In this document: positions 1 to 16,082 of the stretch, piece by piece
How positions within the stretch are numbered: position 1 is the stretch's first letter
How the letters are laid out: every line of letters begins with the position of its first letter
Assembly (NCBI RefSeq): GCF_009914755.1
Contig: NC_060928.1
Strand: one strand, 5' to 3'
Source: the human T2T-CHM13v2.0 reference genome, Homo sapiens
Length of the DNA stretch: 64,000 nt
Made by a program: the position numbers and the translations under genes
Notes under the pieces: generated by a model
Database searches by the model: none
Told to the model about the DNA's origin: nothing
Seen by the model: only the letters and a program-made list of their open reading frames with translations

Positions 1-327
1 CCCCAACCACCTCCCTCAATATAGGTCCATGGATACTAAGAAGAAATTCTATGAAAACAATTTTCTAAAACAATGCTGCCAAAGAATAATATTCAAAATT
101 GCTAAAGAACATGTATGTTTTTCAAGCAGCCCCAATTTAAAAAAAAAAAGGAAATTCAACCATTGGAGGAATAGTCCAAAGATACAGGAATAACTGAAAC
201 TATCAGTATCTCAGTTATTTCTTATGCAAGTTTTGTGTGTAATACCTCTTTGCTCTAATTTATAAATAGGAAAATACAACTTTGAGATAAAGTTTTAAAG
301 TTTTAGCAATTATATCTAAAATAAGTA

Positions 328-2978
<2,651 letters not shown>

Positions 2979-3414
2979 TATAGTACTTAGTATACAATGA
3001 AAATGGATGCAGTAATTTTTAAAGAACTATTCTTTTTTTTCATGAATCTCAAAGAATTCATGAAAAATTCATGCAGTTAGAGGAATAAGCCAACAGCCAC
3101 ATAGTTATTATTGCATACAGTTATTGTAAAGAGACATTCTATATAAACTATATATATGGATTGGCCAGATTCACCATAATTAAGTGAAATGAGAGAAGGA
3201 GCCAACAGGACTTTGAAGAATATTATAATTTTCCTGAAAAATTTAATTTAGTCTAAGGACACTATCTATTAAATAATCGCAGAGTACCTTTTAGTCAACC
3301 TCAGAGGATTTCACATAGTCTGATTACTTAGGTTAACTCCTACAAAATTGAAAAACTGTATGTTAAAGAAAATATGATTTTAAGTAACATTTTAAAAAAT
3401 TGGAGTGAAAAAAG

Positions 3415-3800
3415 AACTGCATCTTCTCATTTATACACGGAATCTAAAGTTGAACTCACAGAAGCAGGGAGTAGGATGATGGTTACCTGGGGCTGGGAGT
3501 AAGGGGGACAGTTGGGAGATGTTGGTCGAAGGACATAAAATTTCGGTGAGGCATAAGAAATAAGTTCAAGTCATCTACTGTGCATCACTATGAGTACAAT
3601 TAATAATAATATATTGTATACTTGAAAATTGCTAAGACAGATTTAAGCGTTCACACCACAAAGAATGACATATATGTGAGGTATTACCTATGTTAATTAG
3701 CTTGATTTAGTCAGTCTACAATGTATAAAAATATCAAAACATCATTATAAGCACCATAAATATACACAATTTTCTGTCAATTTAAAAAACTAAATTTAAA
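3415..3800 (+). mobile_element. L1MA-type 3' end fragment
   Basis: L1M 3'UTR motifs (ttgggagatgttggtc, tattgtatacttgaaaattgctaaga). Confidence 0.75.
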
Positions 3801-4008
3801 AATTAGTAAAATAACACTAGCCTAACCAGTTTACAGAGGTGGAATCCGCGTATTTTCTAATTTTAGTTGTTCTCACAGATAAAATAGATATACTAATACA
3901 ATAAAATAGTATTTTTGTTGTTACTGGTTATAAGTTTCAATTATAAATAACTATATTGATTTCTATTGTAAAATTAGGGAGGTTTTCCTATTTAAAAAAA
4001 ATATCGGG

Positions 4009-4328
<320 letters not shown>

Positions 4329-5118
4329 TTAGCAGCATATATACAGTCTCAGGGAAGAAGTAGGAAAAACAGCAGTTGCCAGTGTACTATAAATACTATT
4401 ATTATTTTAGCTAAGTGTGCCAGGCAAACCCTAAGAAACCTTATCCTGACTGATGAGGAAGAAGATTCAGAGAAGATTATATATTTTCAATATGAGGGAC
4501 TTGCCCTTATGTTTTGTTTATGTAGTGGCAAAGAATGGGAACTTAGGAGATATATAAGAACCAGAACAAGAATTTAATCTTTTCATTATCAAAAATAAGT
4601 AACAGAAAATTCACATAGCTACTCAGGAAACATGTTAATTTGGAACAAGATTAAATCTAAAGACTTTAGGCTCAATAAAGATTAAAATAGATAGCTAACA
4701 TATTATCTGAACAATTTCCCTACTATTGCCTCATACTTATGGTACCACTTAGTCTAAATCTAGATCTTTTCTCATGGTAAGTGCTTAGAAAGCTTCCTCT
4801 ACGTACTGCCTCTGTCCTACTTAATTAAGTATAAGAAATCAAGACTAGCTGTAGGCCATCCAATTAGCTAATTATCATTATTAATTAGCTATCTAATTAC
4901 AAAGTAGGCAACAGATTCTAAAAAAGTAGTGAGATGGCTAAGCTACGGTTTCTGTTTTGTACCATCAACTATAATTTCAAATACAAGAGGAAAGATTCCC
5001 AAATATCTACAAATCCTTGTAGGAAGAATTCTCTTAATTCCTTTATGAAGGAGAAATGGACACAGAAAAGTATGCATTGTCTTTTATTTGCAGTTTCTGC
5101 TTCAATATTCTCATTCCT

Positions 5119-5172
5119 TTATCCTGAGACTTGAAGATTCATTGATTCTTCATTCACATGTAAAACATGAGG
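5119..5172 (-). CDS. ANAPC10: Candidate alternative terminal exon of ANAPC10 (PHVLHVNEESMNLQVSG*)
   Basis: Poly-T + cag acceptor, phase-0 frame ending in TAA, AATAAA at 5088-5083 (minus strand). Confidence 0.55.
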   Translation of the reverse strand, partial: PHVLHVNEESMNLQVSG

Positions 5173-5310
5173 CTGAAAAAAAAAAAAGGTTCCTGACTAG
5201 GCTCACCTCTATTAAGATATACTTTTAAATTATGATAAAATGCTTCAGCAGGTAGTTTCAGCAAGATTTACTGCAGCACTTTCAGCTGATTACTACTGTG
5301 TGTGTGTGTG

Positions 5311-5598
<288 letters not shown>

Positions 5599-5661
5599 TG
5601 ATTACTACTGTTTTAATCAGCAACATGTTAGTCGCCAGAAATATTTACGCAAAATTTACCA

Positions 5662-5965
5662 CACCAGGCGCGGTAGCTCACACCTGTAATTCCAGCACTT
5701 TGGGAGGCCGAGGAGGGCAGATCATGAGGTCAGGAGATCGAGACCATCCTGGCCAACATGGTGAAACCCCGTCTCTACTAAAAAAAAAATATACAAAAAA
5801 TTAGCCGGGCATGGTGGCAGGCGCCTGTAGTCCCAGCTACTTGGGAGGCTGAGGCAGGAGAATGGAGTGAACCCAGGAGGCAGAGCTTGCAGTGAGCGAG
5901 ATCGCGCCACTGCACTCCAGCCTGGGCAATGGAGAGAGACTCTATCTCAAAAAAAAAAAAAAAAA
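5662..5965 (+). mobile_element. AluY/Sc
   Basis: Alu consensus, gagcttgcagtgag diagnostic, TSD AAAA(T/C)TTACCACA. Confidence 0.92.
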
Positions 5966-5994
5966 CTTACCACAGGATGAGGGGACATACTGAA

Positions 5995-5996
<2 letters not shown>

Positions 5997-6035
<39 letters not shown>

Positions 6036-6117
6036 CGCGCGCGTGCGTGCAGCGCATGTGTGTGTGTGTGCCTGTGTGTGTGCCTGTGTGTGTGTGCATG
6101 TGTGTGTGTGCATGTGT
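5997..6117. repeat. Compound (GT)n(GC)n microsatellite
   Basis: About (GT)15 then about (GC)8, followed by degenerate GT repeats. Confidence 0.95.
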
Positions 6118-6429
6118 CCATGGAACTCAGGAAAAAGTGGTCAAGTATGAAAGAGGTCAGTAAATGAAGACTATAAGAGACCCCAGCCACTTGCTCAAGT
6201 TTATTGTTCTTTCTCCTTGTTATGTATCTACCCTCGCATCTATTTTATTCATTCTACACCATTCTGTGTCTTCCCGTATCTTATAGTTGTACTCTTCTAC
6301 TTTATAACTTCAGTTTGCACATGGCCCTTCACCTTACCCACCCTTTTCCATATCACTATCTCTCAGTATCAGATCTTGCCGATGCTAACTTTGCTTCTGT
6401 TTCTTCTGAGTTAAATTTCTAAGGCAAAA

Positions 6430-7330
6430 AAAATTAAAAATAGAACTAACTTGTAATCCAGAAATCCAACATCTGCATATATACCCAAAAGAGCTGAATA
6501 AAGGATCTTAAGATAAGTGTACATCCACTGTTCACAGCACTACTATTCACATTAGGCAAGAGGTGGGAACAACCCAAGTGACCACTGAGAGATGAATAGA
6601 TAAGCAAAATGAAATACATACCTTTTGCACCTGCTGAATATTCTTTGGTCTTTAAAAAAAAGGAGGCCAGTGAGGTAGCTCAGGCCTGTAATCCCAGCAC
6701 TTTGAGAGGCCGAGGCGGCCAGATCACCTGAGGTCAGGAGTTCGAGACTAGCCTGCCCAAAATGGTGAAACCCTGTCTACACTAAAAATACAAAAGTTAG
6801 CCGGGCATGGTGGTGTGTGCCTGTAGTCCCAGCTACTCAGGAGGCTGAGGCATGAGAATCACTTGAACCCAGGATGCAGAGGTTGTAGTGAGCCAATATC
6901 ACGTCACTGCACTCCAGCCTGGGTGACAGAGCTAGACACTGTCTCAATAAATAAAAAAAAAATTAAATAAAAAAAAAAGGAAATCCTGTCACATGATACA
7001 ACATGAACCTTGAGTACATTATGCTAAGTGAAGTAAGCTAGTCAAAAAAGGACAAATATTGTATGATTTCACTTATATGAGGTATCTAAAGCAGTCAAAT
7101 TCATAGAAACAAAAACTAGAACAGTGCTCACCAGGGCCTGGAGAAGGGGGAAACTGGGAGTTGTTATTTAATGACTATGATTTTTGGTTTTGAAAGACAA
7201 AAAAGTTCTGGAAATGTGTATTCATAACCACGTGAATACCATATATGTAGCACTACTGAACTAACTACATAAAAAATGGTTCAGGTGGTAAATTTTGTGG
7301 TATATGTTTTTTGCAATTAAAAAAGTTTTT
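6430..7330 (+). mobile_element. L1M 3' fragment interrupted by AluS (6665-6978)
   Basis: L1 3' motifs (acaacccaagtg, atgctaagtgaa, caaatattgtatgatttcactta) on both sides of the Alu. Confidence 0.8.
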
Positions 7331-7427
7331 AAAATGTCTGAGACAGGGAATCTGATTTGCCCAGATAATCTCTTTGAAGCAAACTACACAAGCATGGGTC
7401 AATGGCAAGCCTATGAACTTCTGGTAT

Positions 7428-8063
7428 TGTCAGAGGCGTGTGAAACCAGAGCAACTCCATCTTGAATACGAGCTGGGTAAAATGAAGCTGAGATTTACTG
7501 GGCTGCATTCCCAGACGGTTAAGGCATGCTAAGTCACCAGATGAGATACAAGGTCAGCATAAGATACAGGTCATAAAGACCTTGCTAATAAAACAGGCTG
7601 CAGTAAAGAAGCTGGCCCAAACCCACCAAAACCAAGATGGCCACGAGAGTGACCTCTGGTAGTCCTCACTGCTACACTCCCACCAGCACCATGACAGTTT
7701 ACAAATGCCATGGCAAAGTCAGGAAGTTACCCTATATGGTCTAAAAAGGGGAGGCACGAATAATCCACCCCTTGTTTAGCATATCATCAAGAAATAACCA
7801 TAAAGATGGGCAACCAGCAGCCCTCAGGGCTGCTCTATGTAGTAGCCATTCTTTCATTCCTCTACTTCCTTAAAAAACTCGCTTTCACTTTATGGATTTG
7901 CCCTGAATTCCCTCTTGCGCAAGATATAAGAACCCCCTCTTGGGGTCTGGATTGGGACCCCTTTCCTTGTAACATCTTTCTGGCGACCACTGAAGGGACT
8001 ATAGTGTGGAAATCCCCGACCCAAAGGTTAACAAGTTTGGGTAAGTGGTGGGGTCCTGTAACA
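7428..8063 (+). mobile_element. MER41B-like solo LTR (ERV1)
   Basis: Starts TGTCAGAGGCGTGTGAAACCAGAGCAACTCCATCTTGAAT and ends GGGGTCCTGTAACA; 636 bp; imperfect TSD GTAT/GTGT. Confidence 0.85.
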
Positions 8064-8739
8064 GTGTGGTTATTTAACAACTTTTTAATTAAATGCCTAC
8101 TGTTTCAGACACTATGCTAGGCTCTCAGCCAAATGCTCACCCCTGCTCTGACCAGCAGGCTATATTCCCAGTATGTTTTCCTTATAAGAGGGATTGATAA
8201 TCTGCATTTCTAAAACCATGTCATTTTCATTTTCATAAGTAAAATGCATATTTCTATTGAATCATATCCTGTCATATGGTTAAATAAAGGGTTTTTAGAT
8301 TTTGTGGGTTTTTTGTCTTCTTTGCCCTAGGCTGTTACCATTGCCACTTTGCCTAAAAGAAACAGTGCAGGTCTTCTATAACTGCTGCAAAAGATCACTT
8401 GAAAAAAGTGACCTTACAGGACAATGCTCTTGAAAGAAAATTCATCAACTTCTAAGTTTAAGTACGCATTAGCAGTACAGAACCTTCCAAATCAACACAT
8501 TATGAAACCAAACAAGAATCCTCCTCAGAATCATCTTATTTGGCACAAATATTATAATAAGAAAAGATAGAATTCCTGCTATTAAATCATTTCATTAGTC
8601 CCCAATCTATAAATTTAGAAACAATTACTCCAAAGAGTGCTTAAACAAGTTTTAAGAACTACCTTAGTTCAGAATTGCATTAAGTAAATTACATTAAGTA
8701 AACTGCCTATTAAAACATGAAATACAGGAAGTGTTTCAG

Positions 8740-10000
8740 TCCCTATCTGCCTAGATAATCCTGACTTTATATGACTTCATATGAGAATATGACAACATAT
8801 TCTCTTAATTTTCTTCTCATCTTTCTGAGAGTTCCTCTCAGCTTTCTTCACTGGATAACCTTTTCCTATCCAACTCTTGAATATTGGCATCTTCATGGTT
8901 CCAGCCCTAGCACTCTTCTTTCATATCTAAGCTTCTATTTACACACTGATGATTCCAAAATCTGTATCTCTAACCCAGACTTCTTTCCTTAGGTTCAGAT
9001 CCATATACCATACCCTACTATCCATGGACTACCTACTGAAAATCCCTCCATTTGAAGAGATACCAGATATCAGTGACCAAAATTAATCTCATTATCTAAG
9101 TCCCTTTCTCTCTGCCCCTCCCCCTCAGAATGTTCCTTCTCTGTAGGCCATTACTAGTAAATGCCAACTTTCAACCAGTTGCCTAAGCTGAGAATTCCAG
9201 ATGCCCCTTTCTACTTATTCAAATCCTACCCAATATTCTGAATATACCCCAGGTAGCAATCAGTCACAAGTCCTTTTAATTTATTTCAAATATAGGGAAC
9301 CCAACTGCCATAGCCTTAATTAAATCCTCGTAATTTTTACCTGGCTAATATTATATCTACCTGGTCTCTAGGTGCTCCAGCTCCCCCATTCCCATGATTA
9401 AGCTGTGTTGATGTTTCCTCATTTAATGTCTGCCATTACGTACAATCTGACTATACATTTTCACTGAAACAATTATATACTATATTTATTTCCCTACAAG
9501 AATGTAAACTTATGTATGGGAACCATGTTACATCACAATATATGTGTTGAATGAATAAATACTTCTCCAGTCTTTCTTACCACTCCCTCAGACCTATCCA
9601 GCTTCCATGGCAGACTGAATTACTTGCACTTCTGTCACTATACCATGCTACTGTGCTTCCATACCTTTATGTACATCATGACCCTGCTAGAATGCCTCCA
9701 CTTGATTTTGCACCTGAATAGGCTTTGTATTTATCCTAAACAGTCAGTTGAACCATCAACCTCTTCAGCTTTTTAAACCACTGGGCTTTAAAAACCACAA
9801 AACAATATTGTGTTCCCATAGCCACCTCCAGGTACTTACTATACTAAATGGCAACTGAGAATTTTTTGCATATCTCTTCCATGAGACTATGAAGTGCTCA
9901 AAGGCAGAAACTGTGACTTTATTGTATCCCCAGTATCTAACACAGTACCTGGCACTTAGCAGGCCCTACAGCATTATTCACAGAATAAAGCATGAATCTG
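8740..10000 (+). mobile_element. Degenerate L2 fragments
   Basis: L2-like motifs (ctgatgattccaaaatctgtatctctaaccc; tgttgaatgaat; cccagtatctaacacagtacctggcac). Confidence 0.6.
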
Positions 10001-13000
10001 TTTTGTATGAAATGCCAGACTACATCTCTTAAATAATCTATAGTATAAGTTTGTGGTCAAACAAAAACAAGATACAATTAAGTTTCTAAAAAATATAGAT
10101 GATACTTCTTCTTAAAAATACAGATGTTACTTTTCTGTATAACATATTTTAGTTCCAAAAGGAAATATGCCCCAAATGCATAGTTACCTCAACTCCATTT
10201 TGGAAATAAGTGATGCATACAATAATAAATAAAAGTTTTCAAAAATTCTATATATTGCTTTTAGAGAAGGTTAGAAGGTAACATTTTTTGGCCTAAAAAT
10301 TATGTGTATCACACCAAAACATTCTACAATGACTTCAAAGATGAACTAAAGTTAGTTATGAAACTACTTTTTTAAAAAAATCTTTTAAACTAGCTAAATT
10401 CAACAAAAACTATTTTTCCAAAGACTTGATAAATTACACTTTCTGTCTTATCAAACCAATTTATGTTTATAGATACTGCCTAAGCCATTCCACTTTATAT
10501 CAAATTGTTTAAAATAGGCCCCTCATAAGAAAGCAAATATAAGTAGATTTTGGGATCAACAAATAGAGCCAGAACTTTTGTCTGCATCTTCTTACTCTAT
10601 CACATACATTAGGGGAACTCAAATTTTAATAGGAAATATTATTTTATCAGAAGAACTGACATACTAACCACTTCTGTCAAAGTACCATATATGGACTCAC
10701 ATGGTTGTGCTACTGAAATAAGACACAAGTAGAGAGCGAAAGGCCACATGAAACCATGGGAAAACATTACAGCTCTCTCTAACACTGAAGACTTATTTCA
10801 AGCCTCCTTTTAAAAAAAATCACTTGGTAACAGCTTTATTATCTGAAGACAAAAACAGAGCTTAAAATTCACTTAAGCACTCGATCTTGTGCTCTTGTGC
10901 TCTATCAATATTTTATCCTTTCATGGCCACAAATTTTAGAAGCAATAAACCAAAGGACAACTTTCACATATGCTGAAAGTGTCTACTTAACCTTAACAAG
11001 TTGTTTCTCATATAACAATATAGAAATAATTTGAGAACTGTCACAGTGTGTCTAAAAAACACTTTAGTTTCATATTTAAGTACAAAATATTCTACAATAA
11101 TTTTTAAAAACAACAATAACTAGTTAGCAAACTGAAAAGGACTTTAAGTATCCTTGAATTTCAGCTAGAGATATTTTCTAAAATGCTATAATGATCACAT
11201 CTAAAATATAATGTTCTTTGGTCCATTGCTCTAAATGATAAAAAAAAAATCTCACACATTATTTTTCCTTCTGAGAGCAAAAGAAAAGAACAACATTAAA
11301 TCAAAACATAATGCTAAAACGCAAGGGATTTAAGAATTTAAAAACTACCATCTTGATTTGAAAATTTCTCTTGAATAACATGAATTCATGCACAAAAGTA
11401 ACCCAACTGAGATGAAGCATTCTGCAAAGAAAGACAGTGTAGACTCAGAAATGCTAAATTATCACTTCTATATAGAAATAGTCTCTTGTGTAGAAGCAAT
11501 AAATTGCAAACATCTTATAAAGTGTTCTTAAATTGTTGGTTTTCAATTTATGTGGAATAGGATATTTTGAATACAAGAAAGTAGAACGAGAAGCATAAAT
11601 AATTTCAATTTTGTCATTAAAAATATTCTGTTTGGCCAAATCCAGTTTTAGTATCTTGTGACTATTCAGCAGAAAGTTCAATTTAAGTCCTCAGGTATAG
11701 TGGTTAAAATACACATTCTAGGGTATTAAAGGAAGGGTCTGATGCCTTTGTAGAGAGTTATCAATAGAAGTAACAAAGATCTAGATACAATACATGCTTC
11801 ATAACTAAAATGAAGGAAAATAAATAGGATAGAAAAAGAATAATTTATTGCTAAATAAGGCAGCTATATGCTTTTCTCAACTTAGACTATTTTTTAAGTT
11901 ACTACTTCAAATCAACAATTACAAAAAATAAGCATCTCAAGTAAACAAATTCATAATTTCTAGTGAAAAAAAAAGGAAAATCTATTAAAACATTTCAATA
12001 CACACTACACTACACCCTCCAGTGGGCAAACATCCACGGAAAAATAAAAAAGATTTAGGTGGATTTTCCACTCAGTTAAATCAGTACTATAACTAATGAA
12101 ATGATGACTCTGAAAACCTCATAAAAATTCACACTATTTTAATAACTTGTTTTAGTATATGAGTCAGAAGCAGCAAAGTTTTTTTTATATATTTAGATAT
12201 TGTGGTAGAATAACAGAAAAAATAAAATCATGATCTGCTTCATCTTTCCTTAAAAAGCAAAGTGCTATCAGGCTCCTATTTAACTTAGAAAGAAAAAAAG
12301 GTAAACAGTATAAATCTCATACAAAGATGTATAATTAAAAGATAAAAGTATTCATATCACGAGCTGCAAAAGCTAGGCACTAACAATTTAAAGCAACATC
12401 CAAAAATTGTAGTTCCTGAGTGAGAACTATGGCAGAAAAGTAGTATGTTCATTAAGTTTTCCAGGAAAACAACTCACATTATCACCTGATAATATTTTGT
12501 ATTACTGGTCTCATGAGGCTATGTGGTCACTAAATAGAAATATAAACACACTTAGAAAAAATTAAGAGACTACCTATAAGAGCTCTTTTTCTATATGGCT
12601 AATGTTTCAGCACTTAGATGACATAATAGAAGCAAAGACTAGATTAAAAGTATTTTACAAGGTCCAAATATCGCTTAAAGTTTCTCCTGTTAACTTCTCA
12701 AAATCCTTATTTAATGTCAGTAAAATTTACAATAGAATACAAAACATCTTTAATACAGATACCTAGAAATTTCATATGAATATGTACACTTCCCAAAAAT
12801 GCATCAAAGAGTTCTTGAATATATATTCTCCAGGAAAAACAAGTACAACTAAGATTACATGAGGTCTTGAACTTAGTACAAATAGGCTACGAAACTAGAA
12901 AATAAAGGACAACAGTGACATCTAGAGGAGGTTTCAAATATATACCACGTATATCAAATCAAAACATTTTATTGCTAGTGTTTCACTTATCACAACTGCC

Positions 13001-13140
13001 TGAGGAGCTATATGATAAATCTTTAGTTATAAATCAAAACAAGCCAACTCTACTTATAAAAGGCTTACCAATATGAGTGATCCAATCATTTGGTAATGTG
13101 AAATTTTTAATAAAATACAATTTAATACGTCAAGTCATCA

Positions 13141-13468
<328 letters not shown>

Positions 13469-13712
13469 GATTATGATAAAAAAATTTAAAATATTCTGAA
13501 TTTAAGAAGCACTGGGTGAATAGAAAAACTTAAGAAGACTAAGAGCTGATTTATTTATTAATCTATTCAAGCACAGGAAGTACACATCAACCAGCATGGC
13601 CTGTCAGACAAAAGAAGAAATGTTTTTAAATTAAAAGAAAACTAATTTACAACAATTTTTCAATTTTTCAGAAGCTGAAATTAGTTTTCAAGAAGGGTTT
13701 CTTAAAAGTAAG

Positions 13713-14033
<321 letters not shown>

Positions 14034-14099
14034 CTATAACAAGACCAAGAAGTTATCTCAAAGTAACAAACAACCTGAGTTCAGATGTCAGCAAGATGG

Positions 14100-14690
14100 C
14101 ACTCCCATGTTCACTGCAGCATTATTCACAATAGCTAAGATATAGAATCAACCTAAGTATTCATCAATGAATGGGTAAATAAACTGTGGGGTATATATAC
14201 CCAATGGAATATTATACAGCCCTAAAGAGAAGGAAATCCTGTCATTTGCAGCAGCGTGGATGGAACTGGAGAACACTATTGTTAAATGAAACAAGCCAGG
14301 CACAGAAAGACAAATACCACATGATCTTATTTACATATGGAATATTAAAAAGTTGAACTCAGAAGCAGAAGGAGAATGATAGTTTCTAGGGGCTATAATG
14401 GAAGGAGGGATTGGGGAGATGTTGGTCAAAGGGTACAAAATTTCAGTTAGATAGGAAGAATAAAATCAAGAGATCCAGTATATAACAGTGACTACATTAA
14501 TAAACAATGTGTTATATTCTTGAAGATTGCTAAGAGAGTGGATTTTGAGAGTTCTCACCACAAAAAAGTGGTATGTGAAGTAATGCATATGTTAACTAGC
14601 TTTATTCAGTCATTCTACAAAGTATATATATTTCAAAACATCATACTGTACATGATACATACAATATTTAATAATTTTTTTAAAAACAAT
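14100..14690 (+). mobile_element. L1MA-type 3' end
   Basis: actcccatgttcactgcagcattattcacaatagc...gaaatcctgtcatttgc. Confidence 0.8.
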
Positions 14691-15961
14691 GAATATCTCA
14701 AAAGACAAAACAACAACAAAAATACCTTGGACAATATCCTCACCTGTTCTTATTTGTCAATACATATGCAAGTTTTACGAGAACAACACTTACTTAATAA
14801 GAAAACAATGAAAGTACATGTGATTTCTATTAAGTATTTTATTACTAACTCAGATTAAACATATAAATTTAGAGACACGGTCTTAATATAAACACTAAGT
14901 CAAATAAGAGCCAAGACCACAAATTAACTGGAGGCCTTTCAAAGATCACAAGTGCTTCCCAAATCTCTCAGAACCACCAGATTTTAATGATTATTTGGGC
15001 TTAATGATTTTCTGACCAAAAAATGTCAACAGCCACAGCTTCACAATTATGTAGTTCAAAGTCATTGAAAATACCTCTGAAATACTTCAGGACTAAAGCA
15101 CTGTCCTAATAACTTCATGCAGGATAAATATATTGTGGTATATTCAAACAGTGAAATACAACTCAGAAGTAAAAAAGAATGAAGCAGTGACACATTCAAC
15201 TACGTGGACAAATCTCAAAAACCCTAGGCTGAGTGAAAGAAGCCATACATAAAAGTTATATCCTGTATGACTCTGTTCATATGACATTGTAAAACAGGCA
15301 ATATGGATCTATGATAAAAAATCAATCAATCAATAAAATCAGTATAATAGTTATTTCTGAGGGTAGGATAGAGATGAAGACTGAACTGCGAACAGATATG
15401 ATGGAATTCTCTGGAGTGGTGGAAATGTTCTATATTTTAACAGGAGTTGGGATTACATAAATGTATGTGTTTGTCAAAACTCACCAAGTAATATACTTAA
15501 GATTATGCAAAATTGTGCATAAATTTTATCTTAAAAAATGAAAATTAAGCAAATGTTGATAACTCTACCAATATATCACACTGGTATTTGGGGTGAAATG
15601 GACAAATATGCACAAGTTATTTTTAAATGCACAAAAAAATTAGATGGACAGATTGTAATAAAGCAAATATAGCAAAATATTAACAACTGAAGAATCTAGG
15701 AAGTGAGTATACTGGCATTCACTGTACAATTCTTTGAGTTTTTCTGTATGTCTGAAAATTTCAATAATAAAATATTGTGGAAAAAATAAAGAGAACAATC
15801 AGAATTCAGAAGAAAAAAATTTTACACTCAAACATGTTTTCTCCAATATTTTTCTCTTATATATTAACATTTTAACCTGTCTAATGTAATGTCAACTGTG
15901 ACTATCTTCTAATGAGTAAAAGTTAAAGGATGACATATTTTTAAAAATTTGAAAGACATAC

Positions 15962-16082
15962 CCGAATTTCTTGAAGGTTGTGAAAATTATTTCCTACTCT
16001 GACTGAGATCTTGCTTGGAGTATAGCTTTCATCAGATTTGTAGTCTGCATAAATACATAATGTCTTCACTGTTGTTTTTCTT
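15962..16082 (-). CDS. ANAPC10: ANAPC10 third coding exon: RKTTVKTLCIYADYKSDESYTPSKISVRVGNNFHNLQEIR
   Basis: DESYTPSKI DOC motif; acceptor cttttag|, donor CGG|gtatgt; 121 nt, cumulative 327 nt = 109 codons. Confidence 0.97.

Noticed and set aside
5942-6190. His/Thr-repeat ORF
   Set aside because: Translation of the (CA)n microsatellite
7975-8000. TGGCGACCAC primer-binding-site-like sequence suggesting a provirus
   Set aside because: No gag/pol follows; the element closes with TGTAACA at 8063, consistent with the extended MER41B-type LTR end
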